Positions 8,895-17,483 of a stretch of 64,000 bases of DNA are shown here, piece after piece (the stretch's first letter is position 1; every line of letters starts with the position of its first letter). Origin of the DNA: an uncultured Ignavibacteriales bacterium (GTDB lineage Bacteria; Zixibacteria; MSB-5A5; GN15; JAAZOE01); NCBI GenBank assembly GCA_964549765.1, contig CAZJWR010000012.1, forward strand, positions 1,607 through 65,606. The letters are read 5' to 3'. Position numbers and translations under genes: made by a program. The notes beneath the pieces were generated by a model, which saw nothing but the letters and a program-made list of their open reading frames with translations, did not search any database and was not told the DNA's origin.

Positions 8895-9905
8895 ATGAAC
8901 CGGCAGGTCCAGGTTGCCTCGCAGGGTTACATACCCGTTGATTTGAATTCGTTGAGAGTCGATAGCGTCCTCGATTTCCACCTTTATATCGCTGTCGATG
9001 GCGACTATGTCCTCTATCGCGCTCCCAGCATGACCTTCACCGAAAAGGCGCGCCAGGCGCTGATCGAACACGGGCAGAAGTTCATCTATATCGCCCAGCG
9101 AGACCGGAAGGCCTATCAGCAGTATATCGAATCTCATCTGCCCGATATAATCAATGACAAAACCCTCGGGGAAGAAGCCCGGTCGACGATCGTCTATAAC
9201 AGCGCCCGGATGCTGGTGAAAGACCTCATGGAAAAGCCGTCCCTTCCGGAGAACCTCAAACGCAGCCTGGGGATGGTGGAGATTACGGCCCTGCACCTCC
9301 TGAAGTCGCAGGATGCCTTCTATCATACCGTCATGGCCATGCCATTCAATTACAGCACCTATACGCATAGCGTCAACGTGTGCATTTTTTCGCTGGCGCT
9401 GGCGGACAGGATCGGCGTCACCGGCAAGAGCGAAATTCATACGCTGGGCACCGGCGCCCTTCTTCACGATATCGGCAAAGCCCGCATCCCCATTGAAATC
9501 ATCGAGAAACCTGGCATTTTGACCGAAGCCGAAATGATGATTGTTCGCCGTCATCCGCAGTATGGTTTCGAAATTATCATAAATTCCAATATCATCCCTC
9601 ACGATGCCCATTTCCCGATACTCCAGCATCACGAACGGGAGAACGGAACAGGATACCCCCACAGCTTGCAGTCGAAGGACATTCACAAATACAGCAAGAT
9701 CGTGGCTATCGCCGACGTCTTTGACGCTATGACTAGCAAGCGATCCTATCGCGAAGCCAAAGGAGCTTTTCCGGCCCTGAAGGAAATGTACGACGATGCG
9801 TACGCTTTCGACCGCGACCTGCTCGAGGAGTTCACCCGCCTGCTCGGCGCATCCAATATCGCGGCGAAAAAGCAACAACCCGGTTCCGATAATCCCCAAC
9901 ATTAA
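8895..9905 (+). CDS. HD-GYP domain c-di-GMP phosphodiesterase with DUF3391-like N-terminal domain
   Basis: HSVNVCIFS...GALLHDIGKARIP..IIEKPGILTEAEMMIVRRHPQYG...HHERENGTGYPHSL: HD plus the GYP motif. Confidence 0.9.
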   Translation: MNRQVQVASQGYIPVDLNSLRVDSVLDFHLYIAVDGDYVLYRAPSMTFTEKARQALIEHGQKFIYIAQRDRKAYQQYIESHLPDIINDKTLGEEARSTIVYNSARMLVKDLMEKPSLPENLKRSLGMVEITALHLLKSQDAFYHTVMAMPFNYSTYTHSVNVCIFSLALADRIGVTGKSEIHTLGTGALLHDIGKARIPIEIIEKPGILTEAEMMIVRRHPQYGFEIIINSNIIPHDAHFPILQHHERENGTGYPHSLQSKDIHKYSKIVAIADVFDAMTSKRSYREAKGAFPALKEMYDDAYAFDRDLLEEFTRLLGASNIAAKKQQPGSDNPQH

Positions 9906-10061
9906 TGAAGACAACGTCATCACACCGGAAAAATATTCTGAGCGTGTCCTGAGAATTATTCCTTTTTAAGACGCAATATTGATATGCGACGGATGCGGAG
10001 CTTTCCGCTAATATCATCACAATCAATCGCTTATGATAATACCGGCGGCGTGCGATACATA

Positions 10062-10077
10062 TGGCACGGGGCTTGCC
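10062..10077 (+). promoter_or_regulatory. sigma-54 (-24/-12) promoter upstream of flgF
   Basis: TGGCAC-ggggc-TTGCc (10062-10077) fits the TGGCAC-N5-TTGCW consensus with exact spacing. It lies ~25 nt upstream of GGAGGA (10090-10095) and ATG 10102. Confidence 0.6.
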
Positions 10078-10101
10078 TATTCCGGGGGTGGAGGAATAGG
10101 T

Positions 10102-10845
10102 ATGCTCAAGGGTATATACAAAGCGGCCTCAGGCATGATCCCCAGACTCAAGCAGCAGGAGATCACGGCCAATAATATCGCCAACGCCTCGACCCCCGGT
10201 TTCAAACGCGATGCGGTGTTTCTGCATGAGCTCGACGCGGCCACCAAAGCGATGGTACCGCGCCAGTCCGATTGGCAGACGCCGATGATTGACCAAGTCT
10301 ACACCGATTACGGACAGGGATCATTTGAACGCACCGATGATATGCTGAACCTTGCCATCGAGGGGCCCGGCTTTTTCGTACTGGAACCTCCCGAAGGCGG
10401 ACAGCAGGGGATGATCTACACCCGCAACGGCGCCTTCTCGGTCAATGAGGAGGGATATCTGGTCAACAGCGACGGCCTGCGGGTAATGGGCGACGGCGGA
10501 CCGATCGAGGTCGGATCGGGGGCGGTGAATATTGGCGAACAAGGCGAAGTATCGGTTGACGCCGGTGTCGTGGGGCAGTTGCAGGTAGTCGATTTCCCCG
10601 ACAAATCGGCGCTGGCGAAAGTCGGCAATTCCGGTTTCACGGCGGATGACGGCGTCGAAACCGTTCCGGCGACCGGGGCCTCGATTAAGCAGGGGTTTTT
10701 GGAGCAGTCCAATATCAATGTCATCAAGGAAATGGTCGGGATGATCGTCGCCCTGCGGCAGTTCGAAACGGGATCCCGGATGATCCAGTCGCAGGATGAA
10801 TCCTTGAGCGTGCTCCTCAACGAAGTGGCAAAAACGCGAATGTAG
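10102..10845 (+). CDS. flgF: flagellar basal-body rod protein FlgF
   Basis: MLKGIYKAASGMIPRLKQQEITANNIANASTPGFKRD at the N-terminus and the C-terminal rod motif (QGFLEQSNINVIKEMVGMIVALRQFE). ATG 10102 has a GGAGGA RBS, and the upstream extension to 10033 would contain the promoter. Confidence 0.87.
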   Translation: MLKGIYKAASGMIPRLKQQEITANNIANASTPGFKRDAVFLHELDAATKAMVPRQSDWQTPMIDQVYTDYGQGSFERTDDMLNLAIEGPGFFVLEPPEGGQQGMIYTRNGAFSVNEEGYLVNSDGLRVMGDGGPIEVGSGAVNIGEQGEVSVDAGVVGQLQVVDFPDKSALAKVGNSGFTADDGVETVPATGASIKQGFLEQSNINVIKEMVGMIVALRQFETGSRMIQSQDESLSVLLNEVAKTRM

Positions 10846-10864
10846 ATAAACGAGGGATGACGGC

Positions 10865-11653
10865 ATGATCAAAGCGATGAATACCGCCGCCACCGGCATG
10901 GTGGCGCAACAGACCAGCATCGACAATATCGCCAACAACCTGGCCAACGTCAATACGACCGGGTTCAAGAAGGCTCGCATTGAGTTTCAGGATATCCTGT
11001 ATCAAAACTACCGTCGGGCCGGAACGGCGACGGCTCTCGGGTCGATCACGCCGGTGAACCTGGACGTCGGCTACGGCACGCGGGCGGTGGCAACCAGCCG
11101 CGAATTTTCGCCCGGCTCGGTGCAGGTGACCCAAAATCCGACCGACCTGGCCGTTGCCGGCAACGGCTTCTTTCAGATTCGTATGCCGGACGGCACGACC
11201 GGGTACACCCGCGACGGATCATTCAAAATTTCGCCGGACGGGCAGCTGGTTACCTCCGACGGTTTCATCATGACCCCGGAAATCACCATCCCCGAGGATG
11301 CCACCGATCTATCGGTTGGCATCGACGGGCAGGTATTCGTCCTGGTGGTCGGCAATAACGAGCCGCAGCAGATCGGCCAGTTGGAACTGGCGCGGTTTAT
11401 CAATCCGGCCGGATTGTCGGCGGTGGGGCACAATCTGTACCTGCAGACGGTTGCTTCCGGCGCGCCGATCACCGGAACGCCGGGGACCGAAGGCCTGGGA
11501 ACTATCGACCAGGGAAATCTGGAAAGCTCCAACGTGTCAGTCGTCGACGAGATGGTGAATATGATCATGGCGCAGCGCGCCTATGAGATCAATTCAAAAG
11601 TGATCCAATCGTCGGATGAGATGTCGCAGATGATCAATAACCTGAAGAGGTAA
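10865..11653 (+). CDS. flgG: flagellar basal-body distal rod protein FlgG
   Basis: 262 aa. MIKAMNTAATGMVAQQTSIDNIANNLANVNTTGFKK ... GNLESSNVSVVDEMVNMIMAQRAYEINSKVIQ. Confidence 0.94.
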   Translation: MIKAMNTAATGMVAQQTSIDNIANNLANVNTTGFKKARIEFQDILYQNYRRAGTATALGSITPVNLDVGYGTRAVATSREFSPGSVQVTQNPTDLAVAGNGFFQIRMPDGTTGYTRDGSFKISPDGQLVTSDGFIMTPEITIPEDATDLSVGIDGQVFVLVVGNNEPQQIGQLELARFINPAGLSAVGHNLYLQTVASGAPITGTPGTEGLGTIDQGNLESSNVSVVDEMVNMIMAQRAYEINSKVIQSSDEMSQMINNLKR

Positions 11654-12336
11654 TGATGCAATTCGTTTTACGGGCATTGGCGGCGCTTATGGTTTTGACC
11701 TCGGCGGTTTCGGGTGAAACCCTCGAGGCGTATCTGCGCGCCGAAATCATTGCCGATTATCACCTCGATTCGGCCGACGTTTCGATCTCGATCCTGCGCA
11801 GCACTCTGACGCCGGTAGATGTGTCCGCCTACAACGTAAAAGCCTACCCATTGGCCCAGGGCGATCCGGTCGGACGATTTCCGATGCGAGTGGAATTGTA
11901 CCGCGACGGTGAGATGACCGAAAGAGGATCGGTATCGCTGGACGTGCGACGGTATGCCGATCTACTGGTTCCAAAACAAAACATCCGCCGCCACGAAATG
12001 CTCGTACCCGATATGTTCGAACGCAAACGGTTCGACGTCACGTCGTACACGGAAGACATGCTGACCGATTTCACGCAGTTGGATGGATGCCGGGCGGCGC
12101 AAAACCTCCCCGCCGGACGGATGATCCCAGGCCGGCGTATCGAGAAAACGCCCGACGTCGAATATGGCGCGCCGATCACGATCATCGGCAAGAGCCGCCT
12201 GTTTGAAATCCGCGCCAAGGGTACCGCGCTGCAGAACGGCGTCACGGGCGAGACGGTGAAAGTCAAGAATGACGATTCGAAGAAAATCCTGACCGGGACG
12301 GTTACCGGCCCCGGTACGGTAGAGATAGACATCTGA
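11653..12336 (+). CDS. flgA: flagellar P-ring assembly chaperone FlgA
   Basis: 227 aa. It has a signal peptide and a C-terminal SAF-like segment (AGRMIPGRRIEKTPDVEYGAPITIIGKSRLFEIRAKGTALQNGVTGETVKVKN). It is positioned between flgG and flgH. Confidence 0.8.
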   Translation: MMQFVLRALAALMVLTSAVSGETLEAYLRAEIIADYHLDSADVSISILRSTLTPVDVSAYNVKAYPLAQGDPVGRFPMRVELYRDGEMTERGSVSLDVRRYADLLVPKQNIRRHEMLVPDMFERKRFDVTSYTEDMLTDFTQLDGCRAAQNLPAGRMIPGRRIEKTPDVEYGAPITIIGKSRLFEIRAKGTALQNGVTGETVKVKNDDSKKILTGTVTGPGTVEIDI

Positions 12337-12352
12337 GTCATTGGAGGATAGG

Positions 12353-12940
12353 ATGAATATCAAGCGGATATTTATCGCGACCACGATTCTGGTTTTGCTG
12401 CCCTTTACGATTGTCATCAAAGCAGGCGATTTCGGCCAGGCCAAATCGTTGTTTTCGGACATCAAGGCGCATCAGGTCGGCGATATCCTGACGGTCAACA
12501 TCTATGAAAACACCCAGGCGACCAATAAGACCGAGACGAAGACGGAAAAAAGCAGTGATGCCTCGGTCGAGGGCGGTCCCGGAAGCGGCTTTTTCGATTT
12601 CATTCCGCTCTTCGGCGCCAGCGCCGCCAGCAAAAACACGTTTGACGGCAAAGGCGAGAACCTGCGCAACCGCAACCTTCGGGCCAAGATGTCGGTTACA
12701 GTAGTTGCCGTCAAGGATAACGGCGACCTGGTCATCGAGGGCAGCCGGACGGTGGGAATTTCCACCGACAAGGAAACGCTGACCCTAACCGGTGTGGTCC
12801 GCCAACGCGACGTCAAGGCCGACAACAGCATCGATTCCTGGCTGATCGCCGACGCCGAAATCAACTATCGCGGCAAGGGATCGATTTCCAGCGGCAGCCG
12901 CCCCGGCCCGGTTATGCGTTTTCTCAACTGGCTGTTTTAA
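12353..12940 (+). CDS. flgH: flagellar L-ring protein FlgH
   Basis: LFSDIKAHQVGDILTVNIYENTQA...FDGKGENLRNRNLRAKMSVTVV..NGDLVIEGSR....TGVVR..DV..DNSI.S..IADAEI.Y.GKG. ATG 12353 follows GGAGGA. Confidence 0.9.
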   Translation: MNIKRIFIATTILVLLPFTIVIKAGDFGQAKSLFSDIKAHQVGDILTVNIYENTQATNKTETKTEKSSDASVEGGPGSGFFDFIPLFGASAASKNTFDGKGENLRNRNLRAKMSVTVVAVKDNGDLVIEGSRTVGISTDKETLTLTGVVRQRDVKADNSIDSWLIADAEINYRGKGSISSGSRPGPVMRFLNWLF

Positions 12941-12950
12941 AGGAGGAGCC

Positions 12951-14060
12951 ATGGATAGGCTTCGAAAAATAATTGCGCTCATTATCATCCTGTTGCTCTG
13001 TTCTCTAAGCGCCGCCGCCGACGCGGTGCGCATTAAGGATATCTGTCGTTACCAGGGGGACACCGACGTCGACCTCATCGGCTATGGCTTGATTATCGGC
13101 CTTGATGGCAGCGGCGACGGCAAAGGAACGCAGTTTACGATACAGTCTTTGGTCAACATGATGGAGCGAATGGGCCTGACGGTCAGTCCCGATGAAGTCA
13201 AGGTGAAGAATGTCGCCGCCGTCATGGTCACCGGCAAAATTTCGGCGGTCCACAAGCCCGGATCGCGGATCGATGTCACAGTGTCCTCGGTCGGCGACGC
13301 GACCTCGCTTCAAGGCGGAACCCTCTTGATGACGCCGCTGTCATCGCTGGACGGCACTGTCTACGCCGTCGCGCAAGGCCCGGTGTCTATCGGCGGCTTC
13401 AATGTGCAGCTCCAAGACGGCAACAAAATCGTCAACAACTATACTCTGGTCGGCCGCGTGCCGGGCGGGGGACTGGTCGAAAAATCTCCTCCGGATGGCG
13501 CCGACGGGAACGAACTCTATTTGTCGCTCCTCAATCCCGACTACACGACGGCGTCGCGGATTGTCGACCGGATCAACCTCGAATACGGCCTGACCGCCTA
13601 CGCCGTGGATGAGGCAACCGTGCGGCTGAGCGTGCCCGATTCGTTGTCGCATCCCAATGACCGAATAAAATTCATGTCCATCATCGGCAACCTGCGGGTT
13701 GCTCCCGATGAGGTCGCCCGTGTGGTCATCAATGAAAAAACCGGGACAATCGTCGCCGGCCAGCATGTGTCGATCTCGCCGGTGGCGCTGGCGCACGGCA
13801 ATCTGACCATCAACATCCAGACCCAGCCGGTTATTTCCCAGCCGACGGCGTTCTCGCAAGGACAGACGGTGGTGACGTCGCAATCGCAGGTAACAGTAAA
13901 CGAAGAGGTTGCCCGCGTCATGACCTTCCCGGAATCGGTTACGATATCGGAGATTGCGACGGCTCTCAATGAAATCGGCGCGACCCCCCGGGATATCATC
14001 GCCATTTTTCAGGCGCTCAAGGAAACCGGGGCGCTGCGGGCCGAATTGGTGCTGATGTAA
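12951..14060 (+). CDS. flgI: flagellar P-ring protein FlgI
   Basis: 369 aa. Signal peptide, then RIKDICRYQGDTDVDLIGYGLIIGLDGSGD...SLQGGTLLMTPL...INEKTGTIV...ALKETGALRAELVLM. Confidence 0.96.
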   Translation: MDRLRKIIALIIILLLCSLSAAADAVRIKDICRYQGDTDVDLIGYGLIIGLDGSGDGKGTQFTIQSLVNMMERMGLTVSPDEVKVKNVAAVMVTGKISAVHKPGSRIDVTVSSVGDATSLQGGTLLMTPLSSLDGTVYAVAQGPVSIGGFNVQLQDGNKIVNNYTLVGRVPGGGLVEKSPPDGADGNELYLSLLNPDYTTASRIVDRINLEYGLTAYAVDEATVRLSVPDSLSHPNDRIKFMSIIGNLRVAPDEVARVVINEKTGTIVAGQHVSISPVALAHGNLTINIQTQPVISQPTAFSQGQTVVTSQSQVTVNEEVARVMTFPESVTISEIATALNEIGATPRDIIAIFQALKETGALRAELVLM

Positions 14061-14978
14061 ATGAAAATTTCGCCCGAACAGAATCGGCTGATGCCGACGG
14101 CGACCCCGGCTAAAAAAGGGCCGGAGTGCGAACAGACGCTGGAGATGAAGAAAATGCGGCTGCGCAAAGCGACGCGGGAATTCGAGTCGTTCTTCATCCT
14201 GCATATGCTTCAGGCGATGCGGCAGACGATTCCCAAGAGCGAATTGCTGGAGGGCGGATTGGGGCAGGATACCTACACGTCGATGTTCGATGATGAGCTG
14301 GCCCGGACGGTGGCCGGATCGAGCCCCGACAGCCTTTCGGAGATGCTGTATAAATCCCTCGAAAAGCACCTCGATGCAACTGAAGCAGGTACCGATAAGA
14401 GGGCACCTGCAACCGGTACGGAACTGAACCGACAACCGGCGGTCAAGCCGCTCGATCAATCGAATTTTCAGCCGGCGGAATCGATCCGTCCGGATGAGCC
14501 GATACCGACCGTGAAGGAAAACCCGAAGCCCCCGGAGATTTCGCCGGTGTCGATACCCAAAGTAGCCACCGATCCGATATTGAAAGAATTCGGCGAGACG
14601 ATCTCCAGTGCCGCGCGCACCTACCGGGTCGATCCGCGACTGGTGTATTCGGTCATCAAGGCCGAATCCAACGGTCAATCGGATGCGGTATCGCCGCAGG
14701 GCGCCAAGGGATTGATGCAGTTGGTCGACGGCACGGCCGCGGCGATGGGTGTGGTTGACAGCCTCGATCCGCATCAGAATATTCACGGCGGAACGAAATA
14801 TCTGCGTCGGTTGCTTGACCGATACGACGGCAATGTGAAACTCGCCGTGGCGGCCTATAACGCCGGGCCGGGCGCTGTTTCAAAATACGACGGTGTTCCA
14901 CCGTATCCTGAAACACGACGGTATGTGGAGAAAGTATTGGCGGGGCTCCATAGCGGCTCCTTGCCGATGGGAAGATAA
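14061..14978 (+). CDS. flgJ: FlgJ-like rod-binding protein fused to a lytic transglycosylase (SLT) domain
   Basis: The N-terminus has the rod-binding motif (REFESFFILHMLQAMRQTIPKS...DTYTSMFDDELARTVA), followed by a Pro-rich linker. The C-terminus has the SLT family-1 motif (VIKAESNGQSDAVSPQGAKGLMQL...AAYNAGPGAV). Confidence 0.8.
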   Translation: MKISPEQNRLMPTATPAKKGPECEQTLEMKKMRLRKATREFESFFILHMLQAMRQTIPKSELLEGGLGQDTYTSMFDDELARTVAGSSPDSLSEMLYKSLEKHLDATEAGTDKRAPATGTELNRQPAVKPLDQSNFQPAESIRPDEPIPTVKENPKPPEISPVSIPKVATDPILKEFGETISSAARTYRVDPRLVYSVIKAESNGQSDAVSPQGAKGLMQLVDGTAAAMGVVDSLDPHQNIHGGTKYLRRLLDRYDGNVKLAVAAYNAGPGAVSKYDGVPPYPETRRYVEKVLAGLHSGSLPMGR

Positions 14979-14999
14979 GACTTTGACCTAAAGTGCATT

Positions 15000-15530
15000 A
15001 TGCAGAAAGCCGACAATAATAACGTGGATGGAGTCTTGGAAAAACTATTGGACGAACTCATCAACGTCATCGGTGACGAGGCGATCCTGTTCGAAAAATT
15101 CCTCGAACTGCTCGAAGAGCAGCAACAGGCGCTGATTACCAATGACCCCGATGAGTTGAAGACGGTGACCGCCCGGATACAGCAGGTCGCGGCTCAGTCG
15201 CAGCGGCTCGAACAGGTGCGGATTTCGCTTGTCGAGGAGATCCGCCGGGTTGGCGGCGCCGAGGCCGATCTGAATGTGTCCAAAATCTGCGATATGGCCG
15301 ACCCGGAACGTTCCACACAACTGCAGACGTTTCGGACCATGATTCTCGATCTGTACGGAAAGATCGAGCAGACGCGGATGCGAAACGGCCTCTTGATTGA
15401 GCAATCGCTGGAACAGATACAAAACACGATCGATGTCATCGGGCGGATCCCGGCGCAGAAGGAAACCTATCGCAAGCATGGAGGCGTCTCCAGGGAATTT
15501 CAGCGGCTTGGAGTAGACAGGAGAGTCTGA
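15000..15530 (+). CDS. flgN: FlgN-family flagellar export chaperone (putative)
   Basis: 176 aa and helical. The FlgN-like N-terminus is present (LLDELINVIGDEAILFEKFLELLEEQQQALITNDPDEL). It lies immediately upstream of flgK. Confidence 0.65.
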   Translation: MQKADNNNVDGVLEKLLDELINVIGDEAILFEKFLELLEEQQQALITNDPDELKTVTARIQQVAAQSQRLEQVRISLVEEIRRVGGAEADLNVSKICDMADPERSTQLQTFRTMILDLYGKIEQTRMRNGLLIEQSLEQIQNTIDVIGRIPAQKETYRKHGGVSREFQRLGVDRRV

Positions 15531-15533
15531 CAC

Positions 15534-16928
15534 ATGTCCGGATTATTTCAGGGGCTCGAAATCGGCAAACGGGCGCTTCTGACGCACCAGTTGTCGATGA
15601 ATACGATCGGCCACAACGTGGCCAACGTAAACACGCCCGGCTATACCCGCCAGCGGACGGTGGTGACCTCGGCCTATCCGGTGGAAAATGCCAATTATAT
15701 CATCGGCAACGGCGTCACGGCCAATACCATCCTGCAGGTGCGGGATCAATTCCTCACCGCTCAATACCGACGCGAAAACAAATCGCTCGGCCAATGGACT
15801 TATCGCGAAAAAACCCTGGGTCAGATTGAGACGTTTTTCGGCGAGCCGAACGACGAAAGCCTCGGCGACGTGCTCAACCAGTTCTGGAATAGTTGGCTCG
15901 ACTTATCCAACAACCCCGAATCGTCGGCAGCGCGGCAGGCCGTGGTATCACAGTCAAACCGTCTGACCAATGCTTTTCATACCCTCGACCGGCAATTGAA
16001 CGCCGTCCGCGTCGCGGCCGATCAGGATGTCAGCGGCCGGGTGCAGCAGATCAATGAAGTTGCGCATCAGATCGCCAATCTCAACCGGCTGGTGACCAGC
16101 GAGGAGATCGGCGGCGACCGGGCCAACGACCTGCGCGACCAACGCGACAAATTGATCGACGATTTGTCGAGCATGGTCGATGTTACGACCGCCGAGAAGG
16201 CCAACGGGTCGGTGACCGTGTACATCAGCGGTCTGGCGATCGTTGAAAACGCCGATACGTTCGAACTGGACACGCGGACCAATTCCTCCGGCGAATATAC
16301 CAAACAGGAAATAATCTGGAAAAACACCAAGACGGCGGTCAAGATCAACGGCGGCGAACTCAAGGGATTGCTCGACACCCGCGATGTCGTCGTCCCGAAG
16401 TACCTGAAAAATCTCGATGATTTGGCCCGGACCATCATCAGCCAGGTCAACGAGCAGCATCGCACCGGGACGGGGCTAAACGGCCAGTCCGGGTTGAACT
16501 TCTTCAACGGCTCGTTCACGAGCGCCGGGACTATTCAGATCGAACAAAATATTCTCAATGATCCGACCCTCATTGCGGCCTCGCAGAGCGGCGAGCCGGG
16601 AGATAATGCCAATGCATTGGCGATTTCGGGCTTGCGACAAAAGCTTACCATGGATTACGGGACCACGTCGATCACCGAATTTTATACCTCGATGGTCAGC
16701 GATATCGGCGTGGAATCGCATGAAGCGCAGACATTTAAAGGGAATTTCGAAGTTTTAATTCAACAGATTGAAAATTCGCGTCAGTCTGTCCAGGGCGTTT
16801 CAATCGACGAAGAGATGACCAACCTGGTGAAGGCACAGCATGCCTACGATGCCGCCGCCCGGGTTATTACGTTCGTCGATCAAGCGCTCGACACGCTCAT
16901 CAATGGTATGGGCGTGGCCGGACGATAG
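15534..16928 (+). CDS. flgK: flagellar hook-associated protein 1 FlgK
   Basis: 464 aa. [34 protein letters not shown] at the N-terminus and [24 protein letters not shown] at the C-terminus. Confidence 0.94.
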   Translation: MSGLFQGLEIGKRALLTHQLSMNTIGHNVANVNTPGYTRQRTVVTSAYPVENANYIIGNGVTANTILQVRDQFLTAQYRRENKSLGQWTYREKTLGQIETFFGEPNDESLGDVLNQFWNSWLDLSNNPESSAARQAVVSQSNRLTNAFHTLDRQLNAVRVAADQDVSGRVQQINEVAHQIANLNRLVTSEEIGGDRANDLRDQRDKLIDDLSSMVDVTTAEKANGSVTVYISGLAIVENADTFELDTRTNSSGEYTKQEIIWKNTKTAVKINGGELKGLLDTRDVVVPKYLKNLDDLARTIISQVNEQHRTGTGLNGQSGLNFFNGSFTSAGTIQIEQNILNDPTLIAASQSGEPGDNANALAISGLRQKLTMDYGTTSITEFYTSMVSDIGVESHEAQTFKGNFEVLIQQIENSRQSVQGVSIDEEMTNLVKAQHAYDAAARVITFVDQALDTLINGMGVAGR

Positions 16929-16965
16929 GACGGAACAACGAGCGAATTTCACCACGGAGGGTGAC

Positions 16966-17289
16966 GTGCTGATATTGACACGGAAGTTGGGAGAATCGAT
17001 CACCATCGGCGATGATATCAAGGTGACCGTGCTGGGAATCTACGGCCGCCAGGTTCGGCTGGGAATCGAAGCTCCGTTGAAAGTGGTGGTTCACCGCGAG
17101 GAAATATATGTCAAGATTCAAAACGAGAATCAAAAAGCGGCCAAAACCATCAAGGAGGATCTGGCCAACGTAATGCAGGTCCTCAAGGACAAAATCAAAA
17201 AGGGCGAAGGCCGGAACAAGAAGTCTCCGCCGATCAAGTACAAAAAGGATCACGACCCGGGATCGCAGCGTCGTGATCGGCAGGAGTGA
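16966..17289 (+). CDS. csrA: carbon storage regulator CsrA with ~45-aa Lys-rich C-terminal extension
   Basis: GTG 16966 is preceded by GGAGGG. The core is (V)[55 protein letters not shown]. The longer ORF from 16840 would overlap flgK. Confidence 0.9.
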   Translation: MLILTRKLGESITIGDDIKVTVLGIYGRQVRLGIEAPLKVVVHREEIYVKIQNENQKAAKTIKEDLANVMQVLKDKIKKGEGRNKKSPPIKYKKDHDPGSQRRDRQE

Positions 17290-17291
17290 TT

Positions 17292-17468
17292 ATGCTGTTT
17301 GGCAGGAAGAGCAAGGACGGGGACGACTACGAAGATCCGGCCACCCGGTACGGCCGGATGCTCCGGAAGAAAAACGAGTCGCACCGTGACGACGAGGACA
17401 AATCCTCATTTTTAAAACGGCTGTTCGGCGGGGGCCACGACAGCGATTTCGTCTATTACGAGGATTGA
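17292..17468 (+). CDS. small highly charged hypothetical protein (58 aa) between csrA and flgL
   Basis: ATG 17292 lies 6 nt after GGCAGGAG and 3 nt after the csrA stop; the ORF ends 15 nt before the flgL ATG. Third codon positions are G/C-rich like the neighbouring genes. No recognisable family (MLFGRKSKDGDDYEDPATRYGRMLRKKNESHRDDEDKSSFLKRLFGGGHDSDFVYYED). Confidence 0.4.
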   Translation: MLFGRKSKDGDDYEDPATRYGRMLRKKNESHRDDEDKSSFLKRLFGGGHDSDFVYYED

Positions 17469-17483
17469 TCGGAAGGATTGCCG

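Noticed and set aside
8886-9923. 345-aa ORF on the minus strand. There are similar long antisense ORFs at 13341..14786, 34981..36099, 42676..43731, 53344..54351, 54612..55889 and 877..1653.
   Set aside because: Each lies entirely opposite a gene with clear family motifs (HD-GYP, FlgI/FlgJ, PheT, the adhesin, Wzz, TPR, FliF). Their translations are Arg/Gly/Asp-rich with low complexity and no motifs. These are typical shadow ORFs of GC-rich DNA.
10033-10101. Upstream start for flgF given by the ORF track.
   Set aside because: The extension contains the sigma-54 promoter and the SD. FlgF homologs start at the MLKGIY-type sequence.
16840-16965. Upstream start for csrA, overlapping the flgK 3' end by 89 nt.
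   Set aside because: CsrA proteins start at (M)LILTR. GTG 16966 has a GGAGGG SD, and the extension has no homology.
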